Numbered from the stretch's first letter, positions 1 through 8,288 are shown. The stretch: 35,685 nucleotides of DNA from Christensenellales bacterium (GCA_050943225.1 JBMNOT010000002.1:1-35685), one strand, 5' to 3'. Made by a program: numbers and translations. The notes: generated from the letters alone by a model not told the origin.

Positions 1-2
1 TA

Positions 3-116
3 GATGCTGCGCTCATCAGCGCGCCCTCTTCGACGAAGAATGCAAGCGGCAGCCGCGACCCTGAGATGAAGCAGACAAAGAAGGGGAACGAATGGCACTT
101 CGGGATGAAGTGTCAC
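3..116 (+). pseudogene. IS5-family DDE transposase internal fragment (relic)
   Basis: Frame 3 reads [38 protein letters not shown]. This matches my recollection of the conserved IS5/InsH core block (DATxIxAPSSTKN....RDPEMHQTKKGNQWxFGMKAH), which holds the first catalytic Asp. The expected continuation (IGVD...) is missing. After nt 116 the frame is just antisense to the HAD gene. Confidence 0.6.
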
Positions 117-772
117 AGGCGTAGAAGTTTTTCCAGCAGCGGCAGCGTCACCTCCGCCATGTCGGAAACCAGGTAGTCGGCCCCGCCGGTATCCTCCCGG
201 CTGCCGCCCGCCATATAGCGTATCACCCGCATGCCCGCCGCCCGGGCCGCGGCCACGCCAGCCATCGAGTCCTCTATGACGACGCACTCTTCCGGCCTGA
301 CGTCCAGAAGCTCGGCCATATGCAGATATATGTCGGGATACGGCTTATGCCTGGGCACTTCGCTGCCCGACACCGCCGCATCCACAAAATCCTCGATATT
401 AAGGCGCCTTAGCACCGCGGCTATATTATCCTTCCAGTTTGCGGACGCAATTCCCGTCCTGAAGCCTTGCTCATGCGCGGTTTTGATGAGGCTTACCGCG
501 GGCTCAATCGCCTTAAGCTCCCCTTTCTCATAATATTCCCGCATCAGTCTATCTTCCTCCCAGCACAGCTCTTCCACCGTTAGGGGAAGATTGAACCTTT
601 CCCTGATATGGGCCCACATCGTCACCGAGTCGATTCCGGTATATTCTTTCAATTGGTCCAGCGTGACGGAGGCGCCATACTTTTTCACCAGCTCCATTCC
701 CACCCGCTGATACTCCGGCTCGCTGTCGACTATGACCCCGTCCATATCAAAAATAACTGCCTTAAGCGCCAT
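113..772 (-). CDS. HAD-IA family hydrolase (beta-phosphoglucomutase-like phosphatase)
   Basis: 219 aa. N-terminal motif I is [11 protein letters not shown] and the C-terminal motif is [20 protein letters not shown]-like GGGTGAGGA lies before the ATG. Confidence 0.85.
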   Translation of the reverse strand: MALKAVIFDMDGVIVDSEPEYQRVGMELVKKYGASVTLDQLKEYTGIDSVTMWAHIRERFNLPLTVEELCWEEDRLMREYYEKGELKAIEPAVSLIKTAHEQGFRTGIASANWKDNIAAVLRRLNIEDFVDAAVSGSEVPRHKPYPDIYLHMAELLDVRPEECVVIEDSMAGVAAARAAGMRVIRYMAGGSREDTGGADYLVSDMAEVTLPLLEKLLRL

Positions 773-910
773 GTCCTCACCCTGTCATGTTTAATCTGTC
801 CGTATGGCGTTTGATGGTATCCTTTCACATATCAGGCTACCATACGCCTCGCTATCATATCACATATCATGATCTATGGCCAATGGAAGGCCGACTACCC
901 CTCCGACGCC

Positions 911-1285
911 TTACACCTCGTTGTAATACCGCTTCACCATCTCCAGTAGCTCCTCAAGGCTCAGCCCCAGCGATTTATAATACTCGATGTCCTTTTTCAG
1001 CTTGTCCGCCGCCAGGCCGTCGCGCTTGTCCGCAAGCTCCGCGGGCTTCAAAGGCGCGACAAAACAGCCGCGCCCCACCATCGTCTCAATGAAGCCGGCG
1101 CGCTCCAGCTCTTCCCATGCCTTCTTGACGGTGATCACGCTGATGCGCAGCTCTTTGGCCACCGTGCGAATGGGCGGAAGGCAGTAACCTTCGGGCAGAT
1201 CGCCCCTGATGATCTGCGACGATATCTGCTCGAACAGCTGCTGATAGATGGGTTTTCCGGAAGCTCCGGAAATAACGATGTTCAT
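911..1285 (-). CDS. GntR-family transcriptional regulator, short YtrA-like subfamily
   Basis: 124 aa. Winged-helix signature is LPPIRTVAKELRISVITVKKAWEELERAGFIETMVGRGCFV, followed by a short C-terminal helical tail. Its ATG overlaps the permease stop (ATGA at 1282-1285). Confidence 0.85.
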   Translation of the reverse strand: MNIVISGASGKPIYQQLFEQISSQIIRGDLPEGYCLPPIRTVAKELRISVITVKKAWEELERAGFIETMVGRGCFVAPLKPAELADKRDGLAADKLKKDIEYYKSLGLSLEELLEMVKRYYNEV

Positions 1286-1929
1286 AGGTCCACTCTCTCA
1301 AAACGCCGTACAGAAGCGCGGTATGCCAGCCACGACAGCAGCACGAACACGGCCATGCCGGCAGCCAGCACGGGCAGCTGCCGCGCCAGCGCCTCGGGGC
1401 TGATGCCGTCCAGCACAGCCGCCGCGCCGGGCAGAATCAACGCCGCCGTCTCAGCCGCACCGGCAAACAGCACCGCTGCGCAGATTGCCGCGATTATGGG
1501 CACGCCCAGCTTGTACGCGGTCTTATAAAACATCGGCAGGAACACCAGGTTAAACAGGCCGTACATCGCAAACGTCAGCCCGAAGAACGCGAAATTGACA
1601 TCCATCAAAAAGTTGCCCTGCGGATACAGCGCGTTGTTGAGCGCCGCAAACGGCGCCGCCGCCGCAATCTGCACCAGCTCCAAAAACACCACGGTATAAA
1701 ACCTGGCTTTCACGACATCGCGTTTGCGCACCGGCAGCATCACGGTAAAGCCGATGTCGTTGGCCGTCCGGGCGGTCTGAAACACGTTGGGTATCGTCAT
1801 GAAAAAGAAATACATCATCGCAACGAAATAAGGCCATTGCGGTATGAGAAGCAGCACGCCGGTCAGCGGAACAAGATAGAACAGCGGGTGCACCACCAGC
1901 ATGAGTTCCTTATAGAGCAGATTCTTCAT
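1282..1929 (-). CDS. ABC-2 type transporter permease (multi-pass membrane protein)
   Basis: Hydrophobic six-helix-like profile. I prefer the ATG at 1929 (MKNLLYKEL...) because AAAGGAGAA lies 7 nt upstream. The track start at 1950 would contain that SD. The gene is operonic with the ATPase and the GntR regulator. Confidence 0.7.
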   Translation of the reverse strand: MKNLLYKELMLVVHPLFYLVPLTGVLLLIPQWPYFVAMMYFFFMTIPNVFQTARTANDIGFTVMLPVRKRDVVKARFYTVVFLELVQIAAAAPFAALNNALYPQGNFLMDVNFAFFGLTFAMYGLFNLVFLPMFYKTAYKLGVPIIAAICAAVLFAGAAETAALILPGAAAVLDGISPEALARQLPVLAAGMAVFVLLSWLAYRASVRRFERVDL

Positions 1930-2776
1930 TGCCGTTCTCCTTTCGGACATGGTAGATCATGATGTCCTCCAGCGCGGGCGCTTCCGCAGCAAGGCCGTCT
2001 TCCGGCCGGACGTCTTCGGTGCGCATCAGGCCGGTAAACCCGAATGCATGCTTTTTGGCGGAAATCAGCCGCGGCGATACCGCGCTGTACTGCTCCGGCG
2101 TGCCTCTCACCAGCCAGTAAGCGGTCAGCAGTTCGTCACGGGCGCGGCTCTCCACGATGCGGCCGTTCTCAATATATGTGATGTAATCGGCACACTTCTC
2201 CAGGTCGCTGGTGATGTGCGTGGAGAACAGTATGCTGCGCTCCCCGTCCTCGATCAGTTCCTGGAACAGCTCCAGCAGGTTATCCCGCGCCACCGGGTCC
2301 AGACCGCTGGTGGGCTCGTCCAGCAGCAGCAGCCGGGCATGGTGCGACAGCGCGAGGGCCAGCGCGTATTTGACGCGCATGCCGCCCGACAGCTCGGTGG
2401 GCCTCTTATCTTCGTCCAGCTCAAACCGCTTTATGTATTTGCGATAAGCCTCATCATCCCAGTCGCGGTAAAACCGGCGCACCACGCTGGTGATGCGGCG
2501 CAGCGGTATTTTGGCGTAGTAATCCACGCCGCCCAGCGAAAAGCCGATATGCTGCTTTAATTCCATCTCGTGCTCGTCAAAATCGCGGCTCATCACAAAA
2601 ACGCGGCCGCCGTCCTTTTTGACAAGGCCCATCATCGCCTTGAGTGTGCTGGTCTTGCCCGCGCCGTTGGGGCCGATAAAGCCCATGATATAGCCGGCGT
2701 CCAGTGAAAACGACACGTCTTTCAGCCTGAACTTGTCGTAGTTTTTGCTCAGGTTCTATACGGATAACAGCTGCAT
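1910..2776 (-). pseudogene. ABC transporter ATP-binding protein interrupted by an in-frame TAG at codon 7 (2756-2758)
   Basis: GGAGG (2783-2787) is followed by ATG at 2776. The reading is MQLLSV*NLSKNYDKFRLKDVSFSLDAGYIMGFIGPNGAGKTS (Walker A), then LSGGMRVKYALALAL (signature) and LLLLDEPTSGLD (Walker B). The uninterrupted ORF exists only from GTG at 2716. Confidence 0.75.
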
Positions 2777-2806
2777 ATAATGCCTCCTGCCGGCTGACCG
2801 GCAAAA

Positions 2807-2831
2807 TTGTGTATATCGTATATACACAATA
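2807..2831. promoter_or_regulatory. Perfect 11-3-11 inverted repeat ATTGTGTATAT-CGT-ATATACACAAT; predicted operator of the YtrA-type GntR
   Basis: I checked all 11 arm positions by hand and all pair. It lies 31-55 nt upstream of the ATPase ATG and overlaps the predicted -10. Confidence 0.6.
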
Positions 2832-2855
2832 TCAACTGTTAAGCCTCTTGTCAAC
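2827..2855 (-). promoter_or_regulatory. Sigma-A type promoter of the ABC/GntR operon (TTGACA-17-TATTGT)
   Basis: On the minus strand, TTGACA lies at 2855-2850, followed by a 17-nt spacer and TATTGT at 2832-2827. Confidence 0.5.
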
Positions 2856-2901
2856 ACCAAATACAGGCATTTCGCGGGTTTGATTCGCGGCCTGCATTTC
2901 C

Positions 2902-2930
2902 TTGACAGCGCCTCTTATAATTCTTATACT
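2902..2930 (+). promoter_or_regulatory. Sigma-A type promoter of the L,D-transpeptidase gene (TTGACA-17-TATACT)
   Basis: Consensus -35 TTGACA at 2902-2907, an exact 17-nt spacer, and TATACT at 2925-2930. It lies about 40 nt upstream of the TTG start, which is preceded by GGAGGTG. Confidence 0.6.
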
Positions 2931-2968
2931 TGGATTAAATATCGGGCTTATCGTGGCGGAGGTGTGTT

Positions 2969-4084
2969 TTGATTAAGAAGGCGATCGTTTTATTGACAGC
3001 GGCTCTTACGCTGCTGAGCGTTTTTATGGTCTCTCCGCTCAAGGCGCTGGCCTATGACGAGCTGAAAAACACCGATCCGGACAAGTACTACATACTGCTC
3101 GACCTCAAAAACCAGATCGTCACCGTATTCGAGAGAGACGAAAACGGAGAATACACCAAAGTCGTGCGGCGGTTCATCTGCACGACGGGCCGCACTGAAG
3201 TGAACCCCGAAGACCCGGAAGATGTGGGCACGCCCACGCCCAAGGGAATCTGGAAAATAGGCGCGCGCGAGCGTTTCGGAGAATTTGCCGCTTTCGACGG
3301 CACATACGCGCGCTACTGGACGCAAATTGTGGAAGGCGTTTATTTCCACTCCATCATGTACAGCCGGCACGACGTCAACACGCTGCAGCGGGGGGCTTTC
3401 GGGCTGCTGGGCAACAAAGGCTCTCATGGCTGCGTGCGCCTGTATGTGGAAGACGCCAAATGGCTGTATTATTACGCCTGCCCCGGCACCACCATCAACG
3501 TGTCCACCAGCGAACCGTCCAACAGGGCGCTGACCAAAAAGCTCAAAACCAAAATGTCGTTCAACAACTACAAGGCATTTCAGACCAACATATACGATGT
3601 TGAAGAACTGCCCAACCCCAAGGCCTGGGTGGTCAAGGACGACGCCGAGATCCGCACCGGAAACGGCTCCAACGACCGCGTCAGAAAAAGAGTGCCGGCG
3701 GGCACCGAGGTTGAACTGCTGCAGATTGCCGAAACATGGTGCAAAGTGAAATTTGAAAACCGCGAGGGCTATATCCGCACTGCGTACTTAACGTTTAAAC
3801 AGGGCACGATGATGTCGCGGGAGGATGCGGACATCATCAAGACGACGGCCTACATGTACAGCGAAAAGAACACAGACGCCAAATACCGCATCACCAAGGT
3901 GCCCAACTACACGTCGGTCATAGTACTGGAGCCGGATAACGACGGCTGGACCAAGATACGCTACTGGGGCGAAGAGGGTTATGTGCAGAGCCGGTATCTC
4001 ACAAAGGGCTGGGGGGTCATCCCCGATGTAATGACCGAAATCATGCCCATCGCCTCTTACAAGGAAGCTTACAGCCGCTACTGA
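2969..4084 (+). CDS. Secreted L,D-transpeptidase (YkuD domain) with two C-terminal SH3b-like domains
   Basis: TTG start after GGAGGTG. Signal peptide is MIKKAIVLLTAALTLLSVFMVSPLKALA. The catalytic motif is FHS...GSHGCVRLYVEDAKWLY. Two repeats of the ...GYIRTAYL / ...GYVQSRYL type are typical of SH3b. Confidence 0.85.
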   Translation: MIKKAIVLLTAALTLLSVFMVSPLKALAYDELKNTDPDKYYILLDLKNQIVTVFERDENGEYTKVVRRFICTTGRTEVNPEDPEDVGTPTPKGIWKIGARERFGEFAAFDGTYARYWTQIVEGVYFHSIMYSRHDVNTLQRGAFGLLGNKGSHGCVRLYVEDAKWLYYYACPGTTINVSTSEPSNRALTKKLKTKMSFNNYKAFQTNIYDVEELPNPKAWVVKDDAEIRTGNGSNDRVRKRVPAGTEVELLQIAETWCKVKFENREGYIRTAYLTFKQGTMMSREDADIIKTTAYMYSEKNTDAKYRITKVPNYTSVIVLEPDNDGWTKIRYWGEEGYVQSRYLTKGWGVIPDVMTEIMPIASYKEAYSRY

Positions 4085-4129
4085 TAGCAAAAAGTGGCCA
4101 GAGCGCCAGCCTTATTTATTTGCGGCCCG

Positions 4130-4840
4130 TTAAAAATCCACCAGCCCATACGCCGCAAGCCGTCTATCCATCTCGCGGCGCTGCGGCCAGTGCAGCTCCA
4201 GCGCCCGGTAAAACCGGGCGTTATGTTTCATGCAGCCGATATGGCACAATTCATGCGCGATCACGTAATCGATCAAATCCGTCTCGCACCGCATCAGATG
4301 CACCGAGAGCGACAGCCGCCCTTTCGCCGGGTTAATGCTGCCCCAGCGCGTCAGCATGCGCTTCGCGCTCACGGAGAGCCCGTCCGCGCCGGAAAACGCC
4401 GCCGCGCTGGCAGCCAGCCGCTGCGCGAACACCGCCTGCGCCTCCCGGGCTGCCCACCGGATGAACTGCGTTTTCGCACAGCCGCCGGGCAGTACGGAAA
4501 GCGTCAGCACGCCGCCCTCAAACACTGCTGATGCCCGCTTCGCGGGTCGCACGCGCAGCACTGCACGCCGCCCAAGATAGGTAAACATATCGCCGTCCGT
4601 ATACGACGCCGGATAATGGCGGGAGCGCGCCGCTTCCATCGCAGCCAGCTGCCGGCGGATAAACGCCTCGTTTTTCTTCACGAATTCGGTGACGATGCTT
4701 AAGGCACAGCGGTGCGGCACCGACACCACCACCTGCTGCGCTCCGGTAACGCGTATGCGGATATGTTTCATTTTCCTGCGCACCAGCTTAAATTTCAGGT
4801 CGCCATCCGCCGTTTGAATACTGTACTCCATGCGTTTCAT
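4130..4840 (-). CDS. DUF45/YgjP-like (M48-type) zinc metallohydrolase
   Basis: 236 aa. It contains WGSINPAKGRLSLSVHLMRCETDLIDYVIAHELCHIGCMKHNARFY, that is, an HExxH motif in the DUF45 context. No SD precedes the ATG. Confidence 0.75.
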   Translation of the reverse strand: MKRMEYSIQTADGDLKFKLVRRKMKHIRIRVTGAQQVVVSVPHRCALSIVTEFVKKNEAFIRRQLAAMEAARSRHYPASYTDGDMFTYLGRRAVLRVRPAKRASAVFEGGVLTLSVLPGGCAKTQFIRWAAREAQAVFAQRLAASAAAFSGADGLSVSAKRMLTRWGSINPAKGRLSLSVHLMRCETDLIDYVIAHELCHIGCMKHNARFYRALELHWPQRREMDRRLAAYGLVDF

Positions 4841-4858
4841 TATATATTAAAATGCGTG

Positions 4859-4897
4859 CCGCTTCACAGTTAAAGCGGTTTTTCTGTCTTTTTTTTT
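4859..4897 (+). terminator. Intrinsic-terminator-like hairpin plus T-runs with no upstream plus-strand gene
   Basis: CCGCTT (4859-4864), an 8-nt loop and AAGCGG (4873-4878) are followed by TTTTT CTGTC TTTTTTTTT. Confidence 0.35.
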
Positions 4898-4998
4898 GAT
4901 CAAATGCCATTCGCCGTCGTGCATGCAATTTTTTCTCGCTTTAATTTTGCCGCAGCCGCGCAAAATAGTGTCAGATTCATTGGCGGGGTGAAAAGATA

Positions 4999-6276
4999 TT
5001 GACAGAATCAGGGTCAGCATCTGGCAAAGGAAAACGGCTTATCATCACGGGCAGCGGGCCGCTTTACGGCACGTGCTGTGTCGGCACTTCCAAGAACGCC
5101 GTGCTGCCGATACTCGCAGCCTCTTTGCTCACGCCCGAGCCGGTCACCATCCGGCGTTTGCCCGCCATCAGCGACGTGACGCATATGCTGTATTTGCTGC
5201 GCACATTCGGCGCATCCGTCACCATGAACGGCAGCGACGCCGTCATCGTCACCAAATCCATCAAAACCACCGCTCCGGCCGCGCATATGGTCAGCCGGCT
5301 GCGCGCCTCGTTTTTGTTTATGGGACCGCTGCTCGCCCGCGAAGGCAGCGTCACCATGCCGCTTCCCGGCGGCTGCCGCATCGGCCAGCGGCCCATCAAC
5401 CTGCACCTTGCGGGCTTTAAAGCGCTGGGCGCGCGCAGCGTTACCATCTCCGGCCATGTGCACACGTGGGGCTATCCGCTGACCGGGGCCGTCATCTGCC
5501 TGGATTATCCGTCCGTAGGCGCCACGGAAAACATCATGATGGCAGCCTGCACCGCCCGGGGAACCACCACCATCGTGGGCGCGGCCACCGAGCCGGAAGT
5601 GCACGACCTTGCCGGCTTTCTTAACGCCATGGGAGCCCGCGTGTGCATATTGCCGGACGCGCGAATCGTCATCGAAGGCGTGCCGGAGCTGAACAGCGCG
5701 GACTACACGCCCATACCCGACCGCATTGAAGCGGGTACGCTGATGGTCGCGGCGGCGGCTTCGGGCGGCGACGTCACGCTGGAAAACGTCCGCAACGACC
5801 ACCTGCGCCCCATCAGCCTCAAGCTCATCGAAGCGGGCGCGGAGATATTCCCATACCCTGGCGGCGTGCGCGTGAGGGGCAGCCGCTTAAAGCCCATGGT
5901 CATCATCTCGTCTCCCTACCCCGGTTTCCCAACCGACCTGCAGGCGCCGTTTATGGCGGCCTGCTGCTCGGCGCAGGGCGACAGCACCATCAACGAGACG
6001 GTGTTCGAAAACCGCTTCCTGCACGTGCCCGAGCTGAAAAAGATGGGCGCGGATATCATGGTGGAGGGCAATACCGCCGTGGTGCACGGCGGCCGGCCGC
6101 TCTGCGGCGCCGAGGTCACCGTCACCGACCTGCGCGCCGGCGCGGCACTGTGCATCGCGGGGATTTTGGCCAAGGGCGAGACGGTGCTGAATGACATCTA
6201 CCATCTGGACCGCGGCTACGAGGACCTGGAAGGCCAGCTGCGCCGCCTGGGTGCGAACATCCGCCGCGAGACATAA
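4999..6276 (+). CDS. murA: UDP-N-acetylglucosamine 1-carboxyvinyltransferase
   Basis: 425 aa. It contains GTSKNAVLPILAASLL and the active-site loop LPGGCRIGQRPINLHL with the Cys present. TTG is the only in-frame start available ahead of the conserved N-terminus. Confidence 0.93.
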   Translation: MTESGSASGKGKRLIITGSGPLYGTCCVGTSKNAVLPILAASLLTPEPVTIRRLPAISDVTHMLYLLRTFGASVTMNGSDAVIVTKSIKTTAPAAHMVSRLRASFLFMGPLLAREGSVTMPLPGGCRIGQRPINLHLAGFKALGARSVTISGHVHTWGYPLTGAVICLDYPSVGATENIMMAACTARGTTTIVGAATEPEVHDLAGFLNAMGARVCILPDARIVIEGVPELNSADYTPIPDRIEAGTLMVAAAASGGDVTLENVRNDHLRPISLKLIEAGAEIFPYPGGVRVRGSRLKPMVIISSPYPGFPTDLQAPFMAACCSAQGDSTINETVFENRFLHVPELKKMGADIMVEGNTAVVHGGRPLCGAEVTVTDLRAGAALCIAGILAKGETVLNDIYHLDRGYEDLEGQLRRLGANIRRET

Positions 6277-6317
6277 ACAGCCTGTCTCATTAATAGACTT
6301 GAGCAGGGGGTGTTTGC

Positions 6318-7331
6318 ATGCGACGAATGAGACGACTGACTCCAGAAGGCATGGCGCTGCTCGGCATCGTGCTGTTCGTGCTGCTGGCCGTGCTCTATCC
6401 TGCCATCACGGTGCTCACCCGCGGGGCTCCGCCTACCGCCGGCCAGCCCGGTACCGGTTCACCCGGCTCTCCCGATTTCGAGGTCATTGGAAAGAAGAAG
6501 GAAACCAACCCCACCATCGAGGTATGGCTGGACGGCACGCTGACCGAAATGAAGCTGGAAGACTATCTGATCGGCGTCGTCGCGGCCGAGATGCCCGCCT
6601 CGTTCGAGCTGGAAGCGCTCAAGGCCCAGGCGGTCGCCGCGCGCACCTACACGCTCTACAAGCGGGATCACGGCGGCTGCTCCGCCCACGAAGGCGCGGA
6701 TATCTGCACCAACAGCAACCATTGCCAGGCGTATGTCACAGACGAGGAGATGACCAAAAACTGGGGCAGCAAAAAAGCGGAGTATCTCGTCAAAATCACC
6801 GAAGCCGTCACCTCCACCGCAGGGAAGGCCATCTACTATGAGGGCGAAACAATACAGGTATTCTATTTTGCGTCGGCGGGCGACCGTACCGAGGACAGCG
6901 AGAATGTCTACTCCAAGGCGCTGCCCTACCTTCGGAGCGTGGTGAGCGAAGGGGAAGAAAATTCCTCCCATTACTACGGAAAGGTTACGGTCAGCATCGA
7001 TGATTTCAAAAAGAAGATGAAAAAATTTTCCCCGGGAGTAAGTTTTAACGGCGTCCCGCTGATTGGCGAGATCACGCGCTTTGACAGCGGGCGCGTGCAG
7101 AGCATCCGGATTGGCAGCCAGAGCTTCACCGGCCGCGAGGTGCGCGAGGCATTCTCGCTGAACTCGGCCAATTTCACCATCGAGCAGACGAAAGACAGCA
7201 TCACGTTCCACACGATAGGCTTCGGGCACGGCGTGGGCATGAGCCAGACGGGCGCGAACGCCATGGCCAAAAAAGGCGCAGATTATATCGACATACTCAC
7301 GCATTATTTTACCGGCGTTACTGTCGGTTAA
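6318..7331 (+). CDS. spoIID: Stage II sporulation protein D (SpoIID/LytB lytic transglycosylase family)
   Basis: 337 aa with an N-terminal TM segment. It contains AQAVAARTYTL and the C-terminal GHGVGMSQTGANAMAKKGADYIDILTHYFTGV. It sits directly after murA, as in Bacillus and Clostridioides. Confidence 0.88.
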   Translation: MRRMRRLTPEGMALLGIVLFVLLAVLYPAITVLTRGAPPTAGQPGTGSPGSPDFEVIGKKKETNPTIEVWLDGTLTEMKLEDYLIGVVAAEMPASFELEALKAQAVAARTYTLYKRDHGGCSAHEGADICTNSNHCQAYVTDEEMTKNWGSKKAEYLVKITEAVTSTAGKAIYYEGETIQVFYFASAGDRTEDSENVYSKALPYLRSVVSEGEENSSHYYGKVTVSIDDFKKKMKKFSPGVSFNGVPLIGEITRFDSGRVQSIRIGSQSFTGREVREAFSLNSANFTIEQTKDSITFHTIGFGHGVGMSQTGANAMAKKGADYIDILTHYFTGVTVG

Positions 7332-7426
7332 ATACCATATATCATTGTTTTGCCTGTCCAAAGCATCTTTTACAGGTATTTTTTTATGCAAAAAAGGGAA
7401 AGATGAATGCGTGGAGGTGTGAAACA

Positions 7427-8164
7427 ATGAATGAAAAGAACATCAAGGACAAAATCACCAAAAAGATAAACCGCGAGAACGTCAAGGCCTTCCTGAAAAA
7501 GCAGGGGCTTTATGTGCTGATCTTTTTATGCGTAGCTGCTGCGGGCATCATCGCCATCATCGCGTGGCCGCGCGACGACGGCAGCCAGCCGCCGCAGGTC
7601 GGCGAAAACGACCCCGCGTCGGTCATCGGGGATACGTCGCTGGAAGACGAACTGGCCATGCAGACCCCCAAGCCCAGCCCGGCGCCCACAGCCACCGCAA
7701 TGCCGACGCCTTCAGCAACACCAGAGGAGACAGAAAAGGAAAAGCCCAATAAAAGCGGCGGCGGTTCCATCAAGCTGAGAAAGCCGGTGGACGGCAAGAT
7801 CATCAACAGTTTTTCAGGCGACGAGTTGGTGTTCTTCCCGTCTCTCAATACCTGGGCCACCCACAACGGTACGGATATCCAGGCGGATAAAGGCGCGTCG
7901 GTGTCGGCTGCCATGGCCGGTACGGTCATAGAAGCCTACACCAATGAAGCGGATGGCGGCGTGGTGGTCATCAAGCATTCCGACAGCATCGAGACGGTTT
8001 ACGCGGGCCTCGGCGATTTGCTGGTATCCGAAGGGGACAAGGTAAACGCCGGCGATGTGATCGGCACGGTGGGCGAGATACCCAAAGAACTGGACCTGCC
8101 CAGCCACCTGCATTTTGAATACAAGGTGAACGGCGAGTGGAAGGATCCGGCCAAGTTCTTCTAA
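7427..8164 (+). CDS. Membrane-anchored M23/LytM peptidase, SpoIIQ-like by position
   Basis: ATG at 7427 is preceded by GGAGGTG. It has an N-terminal TM segment (LYVLIFLCVAAAGIIAIIAW), a P/T/A linker and a LytM domain. The HxxxD motif (HNGTD) and HxH motif (HLH) are both intact. Confidence 0.8.
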   Translation: MNEKNIKDKITKKINRENVKAFLKKQGLYVLIFLCVAAAGIIAIIAWPRDDGSQPPQVGENDPASVIGDTSLEDELAMQTPKPSPAPTATAMPTPSATPEETEKEKPNKSGGGSIKLRKPVDGKIINSFSGDELVFFPSLNTWATHNGTDIQADKGASVSAAMAGTVIEAYTNEADGGVVVIKHSDSIETVYAGLGDLLVSEGDKVNAGDVIGTVGEIPKELDLPSHLHFEYKVNGEWKDPAKFF

Positions 8165-8189
8165 GCCGTTATTGTCCTGATCATACAGT

Positions 8190-8217
8190 AAACAGGAGCC
8201 CTTAACGGCTCCTGTTT
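8190..8217 (+). terminator. Hairpin downstream of the M23 gene (11-bp stem)
   Basis: AAACAGGAGCC-CTTAAC-GGCTCCTGTTT. The flanking A/T runs make it potentially bidirectional. The T-run is short. Confidence 0.4.
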
Positions 8218-8288
8218 ACTTGTCGAAAAACCTGCGCTTTTCCGCTAGTTTTGCCCACAAATTGCATTAATACCTATTTACACTCTGA

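Noticed and set aside
2756-2758. The possibility that the in-frame TAG in the ABC ATPase reflects stop-codon reassignment or pyrrolysine-type recoding.
   Set aside because: TAG terminates several well-defined genes in this same window at their expected ends (rplR, rpmD, ecfA1, the EIIC-like gene). No pyl genes or other in-frame TAGs were seen. A nonsense mutation or a sequencing error is the simpler explanation.
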